Positions 15,771-24,928 of a stretch of 28,437 nucleotides of DNA are shown piece after piece. The notes below the pieces were generated by a model, which was not told the DNA's origin, ran no database searches, and worked only from the letters and a program-made list of their open reading frames with translations. Numbering within the stretch: the first letter of the stretch is position 1; every line of letters starts with the position of its first letter. The stretch spans positions 1-28,437 of IMG/VR virus record IMGVR_UViG_3300032143_000014; one strand, 5' to 3'. A program made the translations under genes and the position numbers. The DNA comes from a virus. Its lineage: Duplodnaviria > Caudoviricetes.

Positions 15771-18671
15771 ATGGCAATCAACGCAGATAAACTTTTAAAT
15801 AAATCATCAGCAAGACTTGCGATGCAAAAAGCACAGCAAGACAAGATGGTTGGTGGTGGATCTGCTAATATTGTTTTATCAAAAAAATCAATTAAAGGTA
15901 TAGAGGGTATTAAAATAAATGTTATTAAAATAGAAAATATTCTTAAGGGTTCACTTGCACTAGACAAAAAACAACTTGATGATAAAAAGAAAGCAACAAG
16001 TGGAAAGAGAAGGGAGAATATAGAAACAAAATTAGAAACAAAACCAAATGCAGAAAGTGGTAAAGTAAAGATGCCATCTGCTCCAAGAATGGGTATTTTA
16101 GATTTTATTAAAAATTTTATTGGCAATGTTCTTCTGGGATACTTTGCAGTTAGATTGATTAAACATCTTCCAAAAATAATGCCCATCGTTAAATTTTTGG
16201 GCAATGCTGCAGATTTTATTATTGATGTTGGAGGAAAACTCTTAAATGGGTTAGTGACTTTTGTTCAAAAGGGACAAGAAGCACATGATAAAACTCGTGG
16301 ATTTATTAAAAATCTTGGTGGAGAAAACTTTGCAAAAGGATTTGATAAGTTTATAGGTGCAATTGATACTGCACTATTCTTAACAACTGTTCTTGCTGGT
16401 TCCATGGCTATGGAGGCCATGTCTGGTGGAGGAGGAGGTGGTCCTGGTGGTGGAGGTTTAAGAGTTGGTGGTAAGGGAGCAGGAAGAGTCAATACTGCTG
16501 TTGCCAGAAGGTATGCTGATAGATTTGGAAGAGATGCTGCACTTAAAAAATTTGGAGAGGAAGGTGTCAAGTCTTTGGGTGGAAAATATGCAAGGTCTGG
16601 GGCAACAAATCTTGCAAGAAATGCACTTGTTGGGGTTGCTGGTAAAGGTGGAGCAAAAATGGTTCTTGGATTTGCAAGACCTCTACTAAAAAGACTTCCT
16701 ATTATTGGAGCACTAATTGATTTTGGACTTTCGGTTGCTCTTGGAGAAGACCCAGGAAGAGCAGCATTTAAAGCAATTGGTGCAGGACTTCTTGGAACTG
16801 TTGGTGCTGCAATAGGATCACTTGCTTTTGGTTTTGGTGGAATTGTTGGTGGTATTCTTGGGAGTATTGGTGGCGATGCACTTGGTGGAGCACTTTATGA
16901 TACGTTCTTTGGTGGTAAAAAACCACAACAGAAAGGCAAAGTTCAAGGAAGAGCAGGTGGTGGTGTTACAAGAGGTGGTAGATCTCAAGGTAGAGCAAGA
17001 AGAACAATCTCAAAAGGAAAATATAAAAGAGTATTAGCACCACAAAAACCATTAAAAACTGAATTCAAAGATAAAGAAGTTAAAAAGAGAACAGAAGAAC
17101 TTGATAAAACAAAATACTTTGGACCAATTTTAGCAGTTAGTTCAAAGATTATGAACAAAGAAGAACCAACAGATAGGGACTATCAAAATGTTGGACTTGG
17201 AATAAATCTTTTAATTACTAAAGGTATTCAGGATAAACAACTGAAAGGTGGTATTGTTGCTGCATTTGCAAATGGCGGACTTGTTGACCCCGATGTGTTA
17301 TCTGCAGCAGAGACTGGTGGTGATATTAGCAACTGGGTAGCAAAAACATTCCGTGGAGAAATTGAGAGTAATGCTGAAAAGACTTTGAGAATGATGAAAG
17401 AAAAGAGAGATGAGAAAGAAAAAAAAGTACCATCAACAACACCTACTCCTGATGAATTTGAGATTGGACCAGCAGGAACAAGTGGAGATAAACTTACAAT
17501 GGCTAGAAATTTGATGAGAGATTTGGGATTAACAGCAGATCAATCTGCAGGTATTGTTGGAAATATGGCTGCTGAATCTGGTGTTGAAAACGCAAGAGTT
17601 CAAAACAGTCCTCCAGGAACAAAGGGAGTACTTAAAGTTGATGGTAAAACTGGGTATGGAATAGTACAGTGGACATCTATGGGACGGCAGCAATCCCTTG
17701 CTGATTATGCAAAATCTAAAGGTGCTGATTTAAGCAAACCACTTTCAATGGATATTGAGTATCAGTTTTTTCTTAAGGAATTTAAAGGTGAATATGGTCA
17801 TGTCTTGAGTCAAATAAAACAAGCACGAGATGTAAAAACTGCATCAACTATTTTTATGCAACAATATGAAGTTCCTGCAGGACATAAAACAGAAGCAAAA
17901 ATAATGGAAAGATATAATATGTCTAAACCAATTTATGATAAACTTGCGAAAGGTGAAGGAAGAGCAACAGAAGGTCCTGGAACTTACATAGATTCTCCAA
18001 CTAATATTGGAGCAAGTAATATTGTTCAATATATTACCGGAGACACAAACTATAAAGGAGATGGAAAACAATTTTATTATGATCGTGCTGGGCATGGATT
18101 GACCGGAAATTATCATGACCATATTGCCTTTAAAACTATAGCAGATAAAGAAAAAACAAAAAGAGCGTTAGGTGCAGCAAATATTCAAATTGGAAGTGAG
18201 TATAGACAAGGAGACCCTGGATATCATGGTAAAAATTTGGCATTTGATGTTCCAGGTAATCAATGGGGAGGTTCCGGTGCAATTGGACAAAAAGAATTTG
18301 CTGGATCTAAAAAGGTAAGGCAAATTTTAGGAATAGGAGCATTTGCAAAAGGTGGTAGAATTCATAAACCAATCATTGCTTTAATAGGTGAGAAAGGTTC
18401 AGAGTTTGTATTTGATGCTGACACTACCCGCGGGTTAGATAAACTTGCTCCTCAACTTTTAGAAAAATTAAACTTTGCATCAACTAAACCACAACTTGCA
18501 AGTATTCTTCAGTCATATGCTTCTTATGATACAATGTCTCCACAAACAATCGTTGTTCAATCTCCAAGTGCTGCAAGTGGTAGTAGAAATAAAAATAGTT
18601 CCGGTGGAGGTGTTACAGTCATACCGATTCCTGTAGATAACTTTACAGAAATTCTTGCCATGATTGGTTAA
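15771..18671 (+). CDS. Second tape-measure-like protein with Phage_lysozyme2-like domain and putative Zn peptidase
   Basis: Glycine-zipper hydrophobic segment; SAGIVGNMAAESG...GYGIVQWT...YEVPAG (~17490-17950); HDH and H-x6-D motifs; GEKGSEFV motif. Confidence 0.75.
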   Translation: MAINADKLLNKSSARLAMQKAQQDKMVGGGSANIVLSKKSIKGIEGIKINVIKIENILKGSLALDKKQLDDKKKATSGKRRENIETKLETKPNAESGKVKMPSAPRMGILDFIKNFIGNVLLGYFAVRLIKHLPKIMPIVKFLGNAADFIIDVGGKLLNGLVTFVQKGQEAHDKTRGFIKNLGGENFAKGFDKFIGAIDTALFLTTVLAGSMAMEAMSGGGGGGPGGGGLRVGGKGAGRVNTAVARRYADRFGRDAALKKFGEEGVKSLGGKYARSGATNLARNALVGVAGKGGAKMVLGFARPLLKRLPIIGALIDFGLSVALGEDPGRAAFKAIGAGLLGTVGAAIGSLAFGFGGIVGGILGSIGGDALGGALYDTFFGGKKPQQKGKVQGRAGGGVTRGGRSQGRARRTISKGKYKRVLAPQKPLKTEFKDKEVKKRTEELDKTKYFGPILAVSSKIMNKEEPTDRDYQNVGLGINLLITKGIQDKQLKGGIVAAFANGGLVDPDVLSAAETGGDISNWVAKTFRGEIESNAEKTLRMMKEKRDEKEKKVPSTTPTPDEFEIGPAGTSGDKLTMARNLMRDLGLTADQSAGIVGNMAAESGVENARVQNSPPGTKGVLKVDGKTGYGIVQWTSMGRQQSLADYAKSKGADLSKPLSMDIEYQFFLKEFKGEYGHVLSQIKQARDVKTASTIFMQQYEVPAGHKTEAKIMERYNMSKPIYDKLAKGEGRATEGPGTYIDSPTNIGASNIVQYITGDTNYKGDGKQFYYDRAGHGLTGNYHDHIAFKTIADKEKTKRALGAANIQIGSEYRQGDPGYHGKNLAFDVPGNQWGGSGAIGQKEFAGSKKVRQILGIGAFAKGGRIHKPIIALIGEKGSEFVFDADTTRGLDKLAPQLLEKLNFASTKPQLASILQSYASYDTMSPQTIVVQSPSAASGSRNKNSSGGGVTVIPIPVDNFTEILAMIG

Positions 18672-18694
18672 ATAGAAATAAGAGGTAATAACAA

Positions 18695-20038
18695 ATGGCA
18701 AATCAGATAACATCAAAAGGAGCAGAATCATCTTTTATTGATAAGATTGATATTGTTTCTAATAAAGATCAAAGAAAGAATGTAAGTGTTGCTGGCGGCA
18801 CAATTCTTTTGATGTATTATGAAAGTATTCTACAAGATTCGGTAAGAGCAACTGTAACTTTTGCAGATACTGGAAATTCAATTGATGGTAAGACTGTAAT
18901 TGAAGGATTGCCAATGGTCGGACAAGAAAAAGTTTCTCTTAAGTTTACGGATAACAATAAGAAAACTTTAAATTTAGTTTTGTATGTAAATAAAGTTACT
19001 CCTCTTGTGAATGAAACAAATAAATCTATGGTTCAAATAGACCTTTCATCTAAAGAGTTTATTATGAATGAAAAGGTAAGATTGAATACAAGATTTGATG
19101 GAAGAATATCAGCACATATTAAAAAAATATTAATAGATCAAAATTATTTGGGAACAGAAAAAAAAGTTGATATAGAAGAAACTTCTAATAATTATAATTT
19201 TATTGGAAATAATAAAAAACCTTATTATGCAATGAACTGGTTATCTAAAAAAGCAGTTCCAGATCTACCTAATGCAAAAGGAAATTCTGCTGGGTATCTT
19301 TTCTTTGAAACATCAGAGGGATTTAAATTTAAGTCAATAGACTCTTTCTTTGCTCAAGAATCAAAAAAATCTATTATCTATAATCAAACTCCAGATTCAA
19401 GAGGTGTTAATATTCCTGCTGGATATGATATAAAAGCACTTGAGTATTCAAAAGATAATCGTGTTGATGTGCAAGACAAACTTAAAATGGGAGCATTCTC
19501 TACAAGAACAGTTCTGTTTGATCCATTTAATTGTTACTATGAAGTGATTACTCCAAATGCAAAAGAAAAGGAAGCATCATTAAAACTTGGTGGTAAGGAA
19601 CTACCTGTATTAAATCCAGAGTTTAATAAAGAAGGAGCAAATAAAGAGTTTACAAGAACTCAATATATGCTTCTTGATAAAGGAACACTACCTACAGGAG
19701 ATTCAAAAGAACAAATTAAGAAATCAACAGAACAAAACTTTGATGCGAAAAATATTTTAAGTCAATCTACTATGAGATATAATCAATTATTTACATCTAA
19801 AGTTGAAGTTACAATACCTGGAGATTTTTCTTTACACGCAGGAGATGCTGTTCGTATGGGCGTTCCACCTGAAGATACAAAGAAAAGTGATGAGATAAAC
19901 AAGCACGACAGTGGTCTATATATTATAGCAGATTTATGTCATTATATTTCACCAAAAGAAACTTATACAAAATTGATTTTAGTAAGAGATTCTGTAGGAA
20001 AAACAGGTAGTAATACCTCTGGTAAGATACCATTATGA
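18695..20038 (+). CDS. Baseplate hub protein (gp27/gpD-like)
   Basis: YYESIL, GYLFFETSEGFKFKSIDS, IPGDFSLHAGD, SGLYIIADLCH...TKLILVRDS; lies just before g5; GAGGT RBS and GTTAAATA upstream. Confidence 0.65.
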   Translation: MANQITSKGAESSFIDKIDIVSNKDQRKNVSVAGGTILLMYYESILQDSVRATVTFADTGNSIDGKTVIEGLPMVGQEKVSLKFTDNNKKTLNLVLYVNKVTPLVNETNKSMVQIDLSSKEFIMNEKVRLNTRFDGRISAHIKKILIDQNYLGTEKKVDIEETSNNYNFIGNNKKPYYAMNWLSKKAVPDLPNAKGNSAGYLFFETSEGFKFKSIDSFFAQESKKSIIYNQTPDSRGVNIPAGYDIKALEYSKDNRVDVQDKLKMGAFSTRTVLFDPFNCYYEVITPNAKEKEASLKLGGKELPVLNPEFNKEGANKEFTRTQYMLLDKGTLPTGDSKEQIKKSTEQNFDAKNILSQSTMRYNQLFTSKVEVTIPGDFSLHAGDAVRMGVPPEDTKKSDEINKHDSGLYIIADLCHYISPKETYTKLILVRDSVGKTGSNTSGKIPL

Positions 20039-20073
20039 TAAACAAATATAAAATATATGAGGTTTAATAATTA

Positions 20074-22206
20074 ATGGAAGGGGGAGCTCTTTTTAATTCA
20101 GGTTTTCTTGGTGCTAGTTTTAACTGGTGGATTGGTCAGGTTGCTCCCGACTCAACTTGGCGTGATAATATTTCACCCGGAAAGATTGAGAGCCCGAAAG
20201 AAATCCCTGGGTGGGGATACCGATATAAGGTTCGTATTATAGGTCTTCATGATCAAGGAGAAACTGAAATAGCATCAGATCAACTGCCATGGGCACAGGT
20301 AATGTATCCTGTGACTGCTGGTGGTGGTCAAGCATCTTCAGGACAAACACCAAATATCCGACAAGGAAATATGGTGTTTGGTTTCTTTTTGGATGGTCAA
20401 GAGCAACAAGTTCCTGTGATTATGGGAGTGCTTGGTAACAATGCACAAACTGCTCTTGCAACAAAAATTGGTGATAATAAAGTAACCAATGCTCAGGCAG
20501 GAAGTATTGCAGTAAGTGGTTATGCAGAACCTGCTGTTGGAACTAAAGACAAAAATCTTAAAGCACCTGACCAAGGACTTGCAATTACTAAGCCAGGGGT
20601 AGATCCTTCACCAGCAGCTGTAGCAGTGCCTGGAGCAACTATTGAAACTACTACTTCTGTTCATGGACAATCTGCCATGGACCAGAAGATGGATGCTGTT
20701 CTTAAGAAAAAAGTTGTAATGTTAAGTCCTTGCGATCTTCCTGGTTCTGTAATGAAAGGAATGCAGACTGAGATTGGAAGTCTTACAACTGAAATTGATA
20801 AAGTTCTAAAGGCAAAGCAAAGTTATTTGGATGCAGTTTCTCAAATTAAATCTTTGAGTGGTGGGGGAGGATTATTAAATCAAATTAGTGGTATAAGTGG
20901 AGCATTGGGACAACTTGGAGGTGTAACAGGTCAAATTGGTGGAGTATTGGGACAAGTTGGTGGAATAGTAGGTCAGGTTCAAGGTATAGCAGGACAAGTT
21001 GGTAGCATAGCAGGAGGAAGAGGTGGTATAGCAGGAGCATTAGGACAAGTTCAAGGCATAGCAGGTCAAATCGGAGGTGTAACAAATCAAATTAGCGGAG
21101 CACTGGGACAAGTTCAAGGTGTAGCAGGAGGTATTAGTGGTATAGCAGGAGGTATTAGTGGTATAGCAGGAGGTATTAGTGGTATAGCAGGAGGTATTAG
21201 TGGTATAGCAGGAGGTATTAGTGGCATTGGTGATATACCAGGAGCTCTTGGAGGTATTGGTGATCTTTTAGGTCAGGTTGATGATAGTGCTAAAAAAATT
21301 GAATCTTTAATGGAAAAATATGCACCTAAACTTGCAAAGAAGATGAAAGTTGTTATGAATAAAATTGGTGAGTTCACTTCAAAAACAATTAATAAAATAC
21401 TTGGACCCTTAGGTGATTTACTATTTCCAAATCAAAGATTTGAATTTCTTAATATGAAATTAAAGATCAATGAGAAACTCAAATGTCTTTTTAGTAAACT
21501 TGCTAATGGTTTAGGTAAAAAAATATTAGATGCTTTAAAAAATCTTTTTGGTAATGAAAAAAGTAAACCATCTGCAAATTCATCACCAACTTCACCAACA
21601 GGCACCGCACCTCTTGTTCCTATGTGTTCTGTTGAACAACTAACAGGTGAAATACTTGGATCAAGTATGGGAGATATTAATAAGTCTGCTGAAGAAATAA
21701 CTCAATCTGTTGGAACATTTATGCAAGATAGTCAATCAGGACTCTCTGTAGTTGGAAAAATTGGTAATATAGCAGGTCAGATTGGTGGTATCGCAGGTCA
21801 AGTTAGTGGAATAGTAGATACTGTTGGTGGAATATCGGGTCAAATTGGTGGTTTATTGGGAGGTTTTGGTAATCTTAAATTGGGTGATATAAAGTTCCCT
21901 GACATTGGTAAAAGTATTAAAGAAGCACTTTCTTTTGAAAATATTACTTTAAATCTTTTTGGATGTGATTCCAAACCTAATTGTCCTGCAACAGATGCTT
22001 ATACTTTAGACACTGGTGGTGAAGCTGTACCTGATCCAAACAAAGCTGAAGTGGGTAAGAAAGCAGGAGATGTTGCAGCAGATTATTTAAAATCTACAAC
22101 AGACTCGTTGTTGGAGGGTGTTGGGGCATCTTCTTTTGATACATCAAAGTTAACAAGAAACTTTGATGTTCCAAAACTACCACCTATACCAGCAACAATT
22201 GGATAA
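20074..22206 (+). CDS. g5: gp5 N-terminal part (OB-fold) with Gly-rich repeat insert; no lysozyme domain seen
   Basis: WWIGQV, RYKVRIIGLH, LPWAQVMYP, VFGFFLDG...QVPVIMGVL are the gp5 OB-fold motifs. Confidence 0.85.
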   Translation: MEGGALFNSGFLGASFNWWIGQVAPDSTWRDNISPGKIESPKEIPGWGYRYKVRIIGLHDQGETEIASDQLPWAQVMYPVTAGGGQASSGQTPNIRQGNMVFGFFLDGQEQQVPVIMGVLGNNAQTALATKIGDNKVTNAQAGSIAVSGYAEPAVGTKDKNLKAPDQGLAITKPGVDPSPAAVAVPGATIETTTSVHGQSAMDQKMDAVLKKKVVMLSPCDLPGSVMKGMQTEIGSLTTEIDKVLKAKQSYLDAVSQIKSLSGGGGLLNQISGISGALGQLGGVTGQIGGVLGQVGGIVGQVQGIAGQVGSIAGGRGGIAGALGQVQGIAGQIGGVTNQISGALGQVQGVAGGISGIAGGISGIAGGISGIAGGISGIAGGISGIGDIPGALGGIGDLLGQVDDSAKKIESLMEKYAPKLAKKMKVVMNKIGEFTSKTINKILGPLGDLLFPNQRFEFLNMKLKINEKLKCLFSKLANGLGKKILDALKNLFGNEKSKPSANSSPTSPTGTAPLVPMCSVEQLTGEILGSSMGDINKSAEEITQSVGTFMQDSQSGLSVVGKIGNIAGQIGGIAGQVSGIVDTVGGISGQIGGLLGGFGNLKLGDIKFPDIGKSIKEALSFENITLNLFGCDSKPNCPATDAYTLDTGGEAVPDPNKAEVGKKAGDVAADYLKSTTDSLLEGVGASSFDTSKLTRNFDVPKLPPIPATIG
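21122..21224 (+). repeat. Exact 21-bp tandem repeat, about 4.9 copies, encoding (GISGIAG)n
   Basis: Unit TAGCAGGAGGTATTAGTGGTA at 21122, 21143, 21164, 21185, plus 19 of 21 nt at 21206. Confidence 0.97.
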
Positions 22207-22215
22207 AAAAAACAT

Positions 22216-23502
22216 ATGACACTTAATGTATTTGGACCACTAACAAAAGAGGATATTAAAGTATCATATATTGATCCTTCTTTGGGGTTGGTTAGTGATG
22301 TTTCAATTGTTCAGGCAAATCAATATGTGCTTACAAATCCAGCAACAACTTTTATTTTTCAAGGTGGAAATAAAAAATTTCGATATTTAGATATTACTGA
22401 AGTTAATAAGTTAACTTCTAATGATTTACTTTCCACAGACGCTTGTGGTGGTGCTGCTCAACAAACAGAGTGTGGTCCTCCAGTAATAGAAATTTCTGGT
22501 GGAAATGGAATTGGTGCAGCAGGAAATCCAATTATAGGAACTGATGGAGCACTTCTTGCAGTGGACATTGTGAGTGGTGGTTATGGTTATCAATACCCAC
22601 CACTTGTTACTGCAAAAGATCATTGCAATAATGGAGCAGGTGCAACACTCATTCCAGTTCTGAGTGAAGATATTCTTAATACTAGTGGAACACCATCCAT
22701 TTTTACTAATGAACTTATTCCGGGACAAGTTGGACCAAGAGAAGTTAGTGGTAAAGGTGTTGTGATAGAAATAGTTGTGACTGATCCTGGTAATGGGTAC
22801 TTATCTCCAACTCCACCAATTTCTCCAATTGGAGTTCTACCAACTCCCACAAATCCTCCTAGTGGTGCTCCAACAGGTATTAATGCAACATTCCTACCAC
22901 AATTTGAAGTTGTTAGAGATCCAATTGTAATAGATCCTCAAAGACTTTTACAGGTTACGGATCTTGTTGGTCTCAGACAAACTGGATATGTAAACGGAAG
23001 ATCTTATTATGGGTCTGTTTACTATGATAATGGTATTCGTTATGCAGGTTTCTATCAAACTGCTGGAGAACCAGTAAGAGTATATGATACTTTGAGAGAA
23101 AGTATTACTCAACAAGCTACGACTCCACCCTCTGCAATCCCAAGACAAGGAACTGATACGGGAAATAATGGATCAGAACTTATTATTCCAGGAACAATTC
23201 AATCAACGTTAAATAGTAATAGTATTATTGGTGCAGGAGATATTTCCACACCATTAGTTCCTTTTATTACAGAACCAACTCCAGGATCACTTTATCCAGT
23301 ATCTTTGAGATTAAAACGTGTTCTTGTGGAAGATGAAGGAATTAATTATAATGTAACGGATAAAATAAGAATAACTCCAAGTAATGGTGCCATTCTTGAA
23401 CCAATCTTTGGATCTTTTGGAAGAGTAATTAAAGTTGCTGTTATTGATCCAGGTTTTGGATTCACGGACTACCCAACAATTGAAATGTATACACCCCTTT
23501 AA
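22216..23502 (+). CDS. Baseplate/virion structural protein (gp5-associated middle part)
   Basis: Repeated beta modules (VDIVSGGYGY..PP, VVTDPGNGY, VEDEGINY, VIDPGFGFTDYPTI) typical of cyanophage virion proteins. Confidence 0.65.
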   Translation: MTLNVFGPLTKEDIKVSYIDPSLGLVSDVSIVQANQYVLTNPATTFIFQGGNKKFRYLDITEVNKLTSNDLLSTDACGGAAQQTECGPPVIEISGGNGIGAAGNPIIGTDGALLAVDIVSGGYGYQYPPLVTAKDHCNNGAGATLIPVLSEDILNTSGTPSIFTNELIPGQVGPREVSGKGVVIEIVVTDPGNGYLSPTPPISPIGVLPTPTNPPSGAPTGINATFLPQFEVVRDPIVIDPQRLLQVTDLVGLRQTGYVNGRSYYGSVYYDNGIRYAGFYQTAGEPVRVYDTLRESITQQATTPPSAIPRQGTDTGNNGSELIIPGTIQSTLNSNSIIGAGDISTPLVPFITEPTPGSLYPVSLRLKRVLVEDEGINYNVTDKIRITPSNGAILEPIFGSFGRVIKVAVIDPGFGFTDYPTIEMYTPL

Positions 23503-23511
23503 AAAAATTAT

Positions 23512-24117
23512 ATGGCAAATCCTGCTAGAACCAGACTTGGTAAAACTGCAAAGAAGAATTATGATGCTACTAATGCAGGAAATAGGCATGGATCAATTTC
23601 TTTCGGGCACATTTCTGCTGATGGCGCAGTCACTTCTGATGTTTGTATTCAAGCATCTGATGGAAGACATGGAATTCGTTTAGAAAAAGATGGTCCAAGA
23701 AAAGGATGTACTCAAATTACTGGACCTGGAAGAGTTGCAATCCAATCTGGAGAGGACAGGCAAGAAGCAGAAGATACTCTATTCATTAATGCATTAAATG
23801 GAAACATTTGTATTATTGCATCTAATGGCAAAATTAGAATGCAGGCAACTGATATAGAACTCATTACAAATGGTGAAGGTGGAAGTAAGGGAAATATCCG
23901 ATTGAAAGCAAGTGAAAATATTGAACTTGATGCAGACAATAAGGTTCTTATTAATGCAAAGGGAATGTATAAACTTGCAACAGCAGGAGTAGCAGAAATC
24001 TGTGCAAATAGTGCTATGACAATCTATTCATCAGTTATTCGTGGAGTCACTGATGCTGTTGCAAATAGGGACTCAAAGGTTGGTGGTCAATCATATCAAC
24101 AAAGTCAAGTAGTGTAG
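23512..24117 (+). CDS. gp5 C-terminal-like beta-helix spike segment
   Basis: Periodic beta strands (LFINALNGNICIIASNGKIRMQATDIEL...GNIRLKASENIELDA); synteny. Confidence 0.6.
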   Translation: MANPARTRLGKTAKKNYDATNAGNRHGSISFGHISADGAVTSDVCIQASDGRHGIRLEKDGPRKGCTQITGPGRVAIQSGEDRQEAEDTLFINALNGNICIIASNGKIRMQATDIELITNGEGGSKGNIRLKASENIELDADNKVLINAKGMYKLATAGVAEICANSAMTIYSSVIRGVTDAVANRDSKVGGQSYQQSQVV

Positions 24118-24127
24118 GAGAAAACTC

Positions 24128-24925
24128 ATGGCATTTTTATTAGACGATGCTGCATTTGGTGGACAATTGATGGTTGGTGCAGGACAACCAGCAGCAATTG
24201 GTGTCGGACCAGGTAGTAAAGTTAGAGGCTCTGCATTTGTAGAAGCACCAATGCAAGTAGGAAAAGCAGGTGCTTTTAATTCTGCTGAAGCAACATTAAT
24301 GGTTGGTCAAACTGATAATGTAGATTGTAACAGTCCAAATAGATCTCTTTATGTAAAAGGAGATGTAAAAATTGAGGGAGATAAAAGAACACCAAATGCC
24401 TTACATATTACGGGGGCACATTCTACTGTTCTTCAAGTTGATGGAAATGTTGTTGGAAGTAAAAATATTAAGGCACAGAGGGAAGTTTATTCTAATGGTG
24501 GAGCACATAGACTTTCGGCAAAGAAAAACTTTGACATTCCTCACCCAACAAAAGAAGGTTGGAGATTAACTCATAGTTGTGTAGAAGGTCCGGAAGCGGC
24601 AGTGTATGTTCGTGGAAAATTAATAAATACAAATATAATTAAACTTCCCAAATACTGGGAAAAACTTGTGGACCCTGATACAATTACTGTTTCAATTACA
24701 CCAATTGGTTCTCATCAGAATATTTTTGTAAAAAGATTTGATACCACAGAAATTATATTAGAATCTACAGAAAATATTCCTATACATTGTTTTTATCATA
24801 TATTTGGTGAAAGAATAGATACTGAAAGATTAATAGTAGAATATGAGGGAGATATTGAAGATTATCCCGGAGATAATTCTGAAAGATCGATTGCTGGATA
24901 TCACTACGATAAAAAGGTAATTTAA
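24128..24925 (+). CDS. Short spike/fibre protein with C-terminal intramolecular-chaperone-like domain
   Basis: KNFDIPHPTKEGWRLTHSCVEGPEAAVYVRG...LPKYWEKLVD...ITPIG...GERID, a domain found at fibre C-termini; AGGAG RBS. Confidence 0.65.
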   Translation: MAFLLDDAAFGGQLMVGAGQPAAIGVGPGSKVRGSAFVEAPMQVGKAGAFNSAEATLMVGQTDNVDCNSPNRSLYVKGDVKIEGDKRTPNALHITGAHSTVLQVDGNVVGSKNIKAQREVYSNGGAHRLSAKKNFDIPHPTKEGWRLTHSCVEGPEAAVYVRGKLINTNIIKLPKYWEKLVDPDTITVSITPIGSHQNIFVKRFDTTEIILESTENIPIHCFYHIFGERIDTERLIVEYEGDIEDYPGDNSERSIAGYHYDKKVI

Positions 24926-24928
24926 AAA

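Noticed and set aside
21122-21224. CRISPR-like array (also considered for 25793-25968)
   Set aside because: No unique spacers; unit lengths are multiples of 3 and lie in frame within coding sequence.
23494-23683. prfB-like +1 frameshift at CTT TAA into ORF 23435-23683
   Set aside because: No adjacent SD; the +1 product looks like non-coding shadow sequence and overlaps a better gene.
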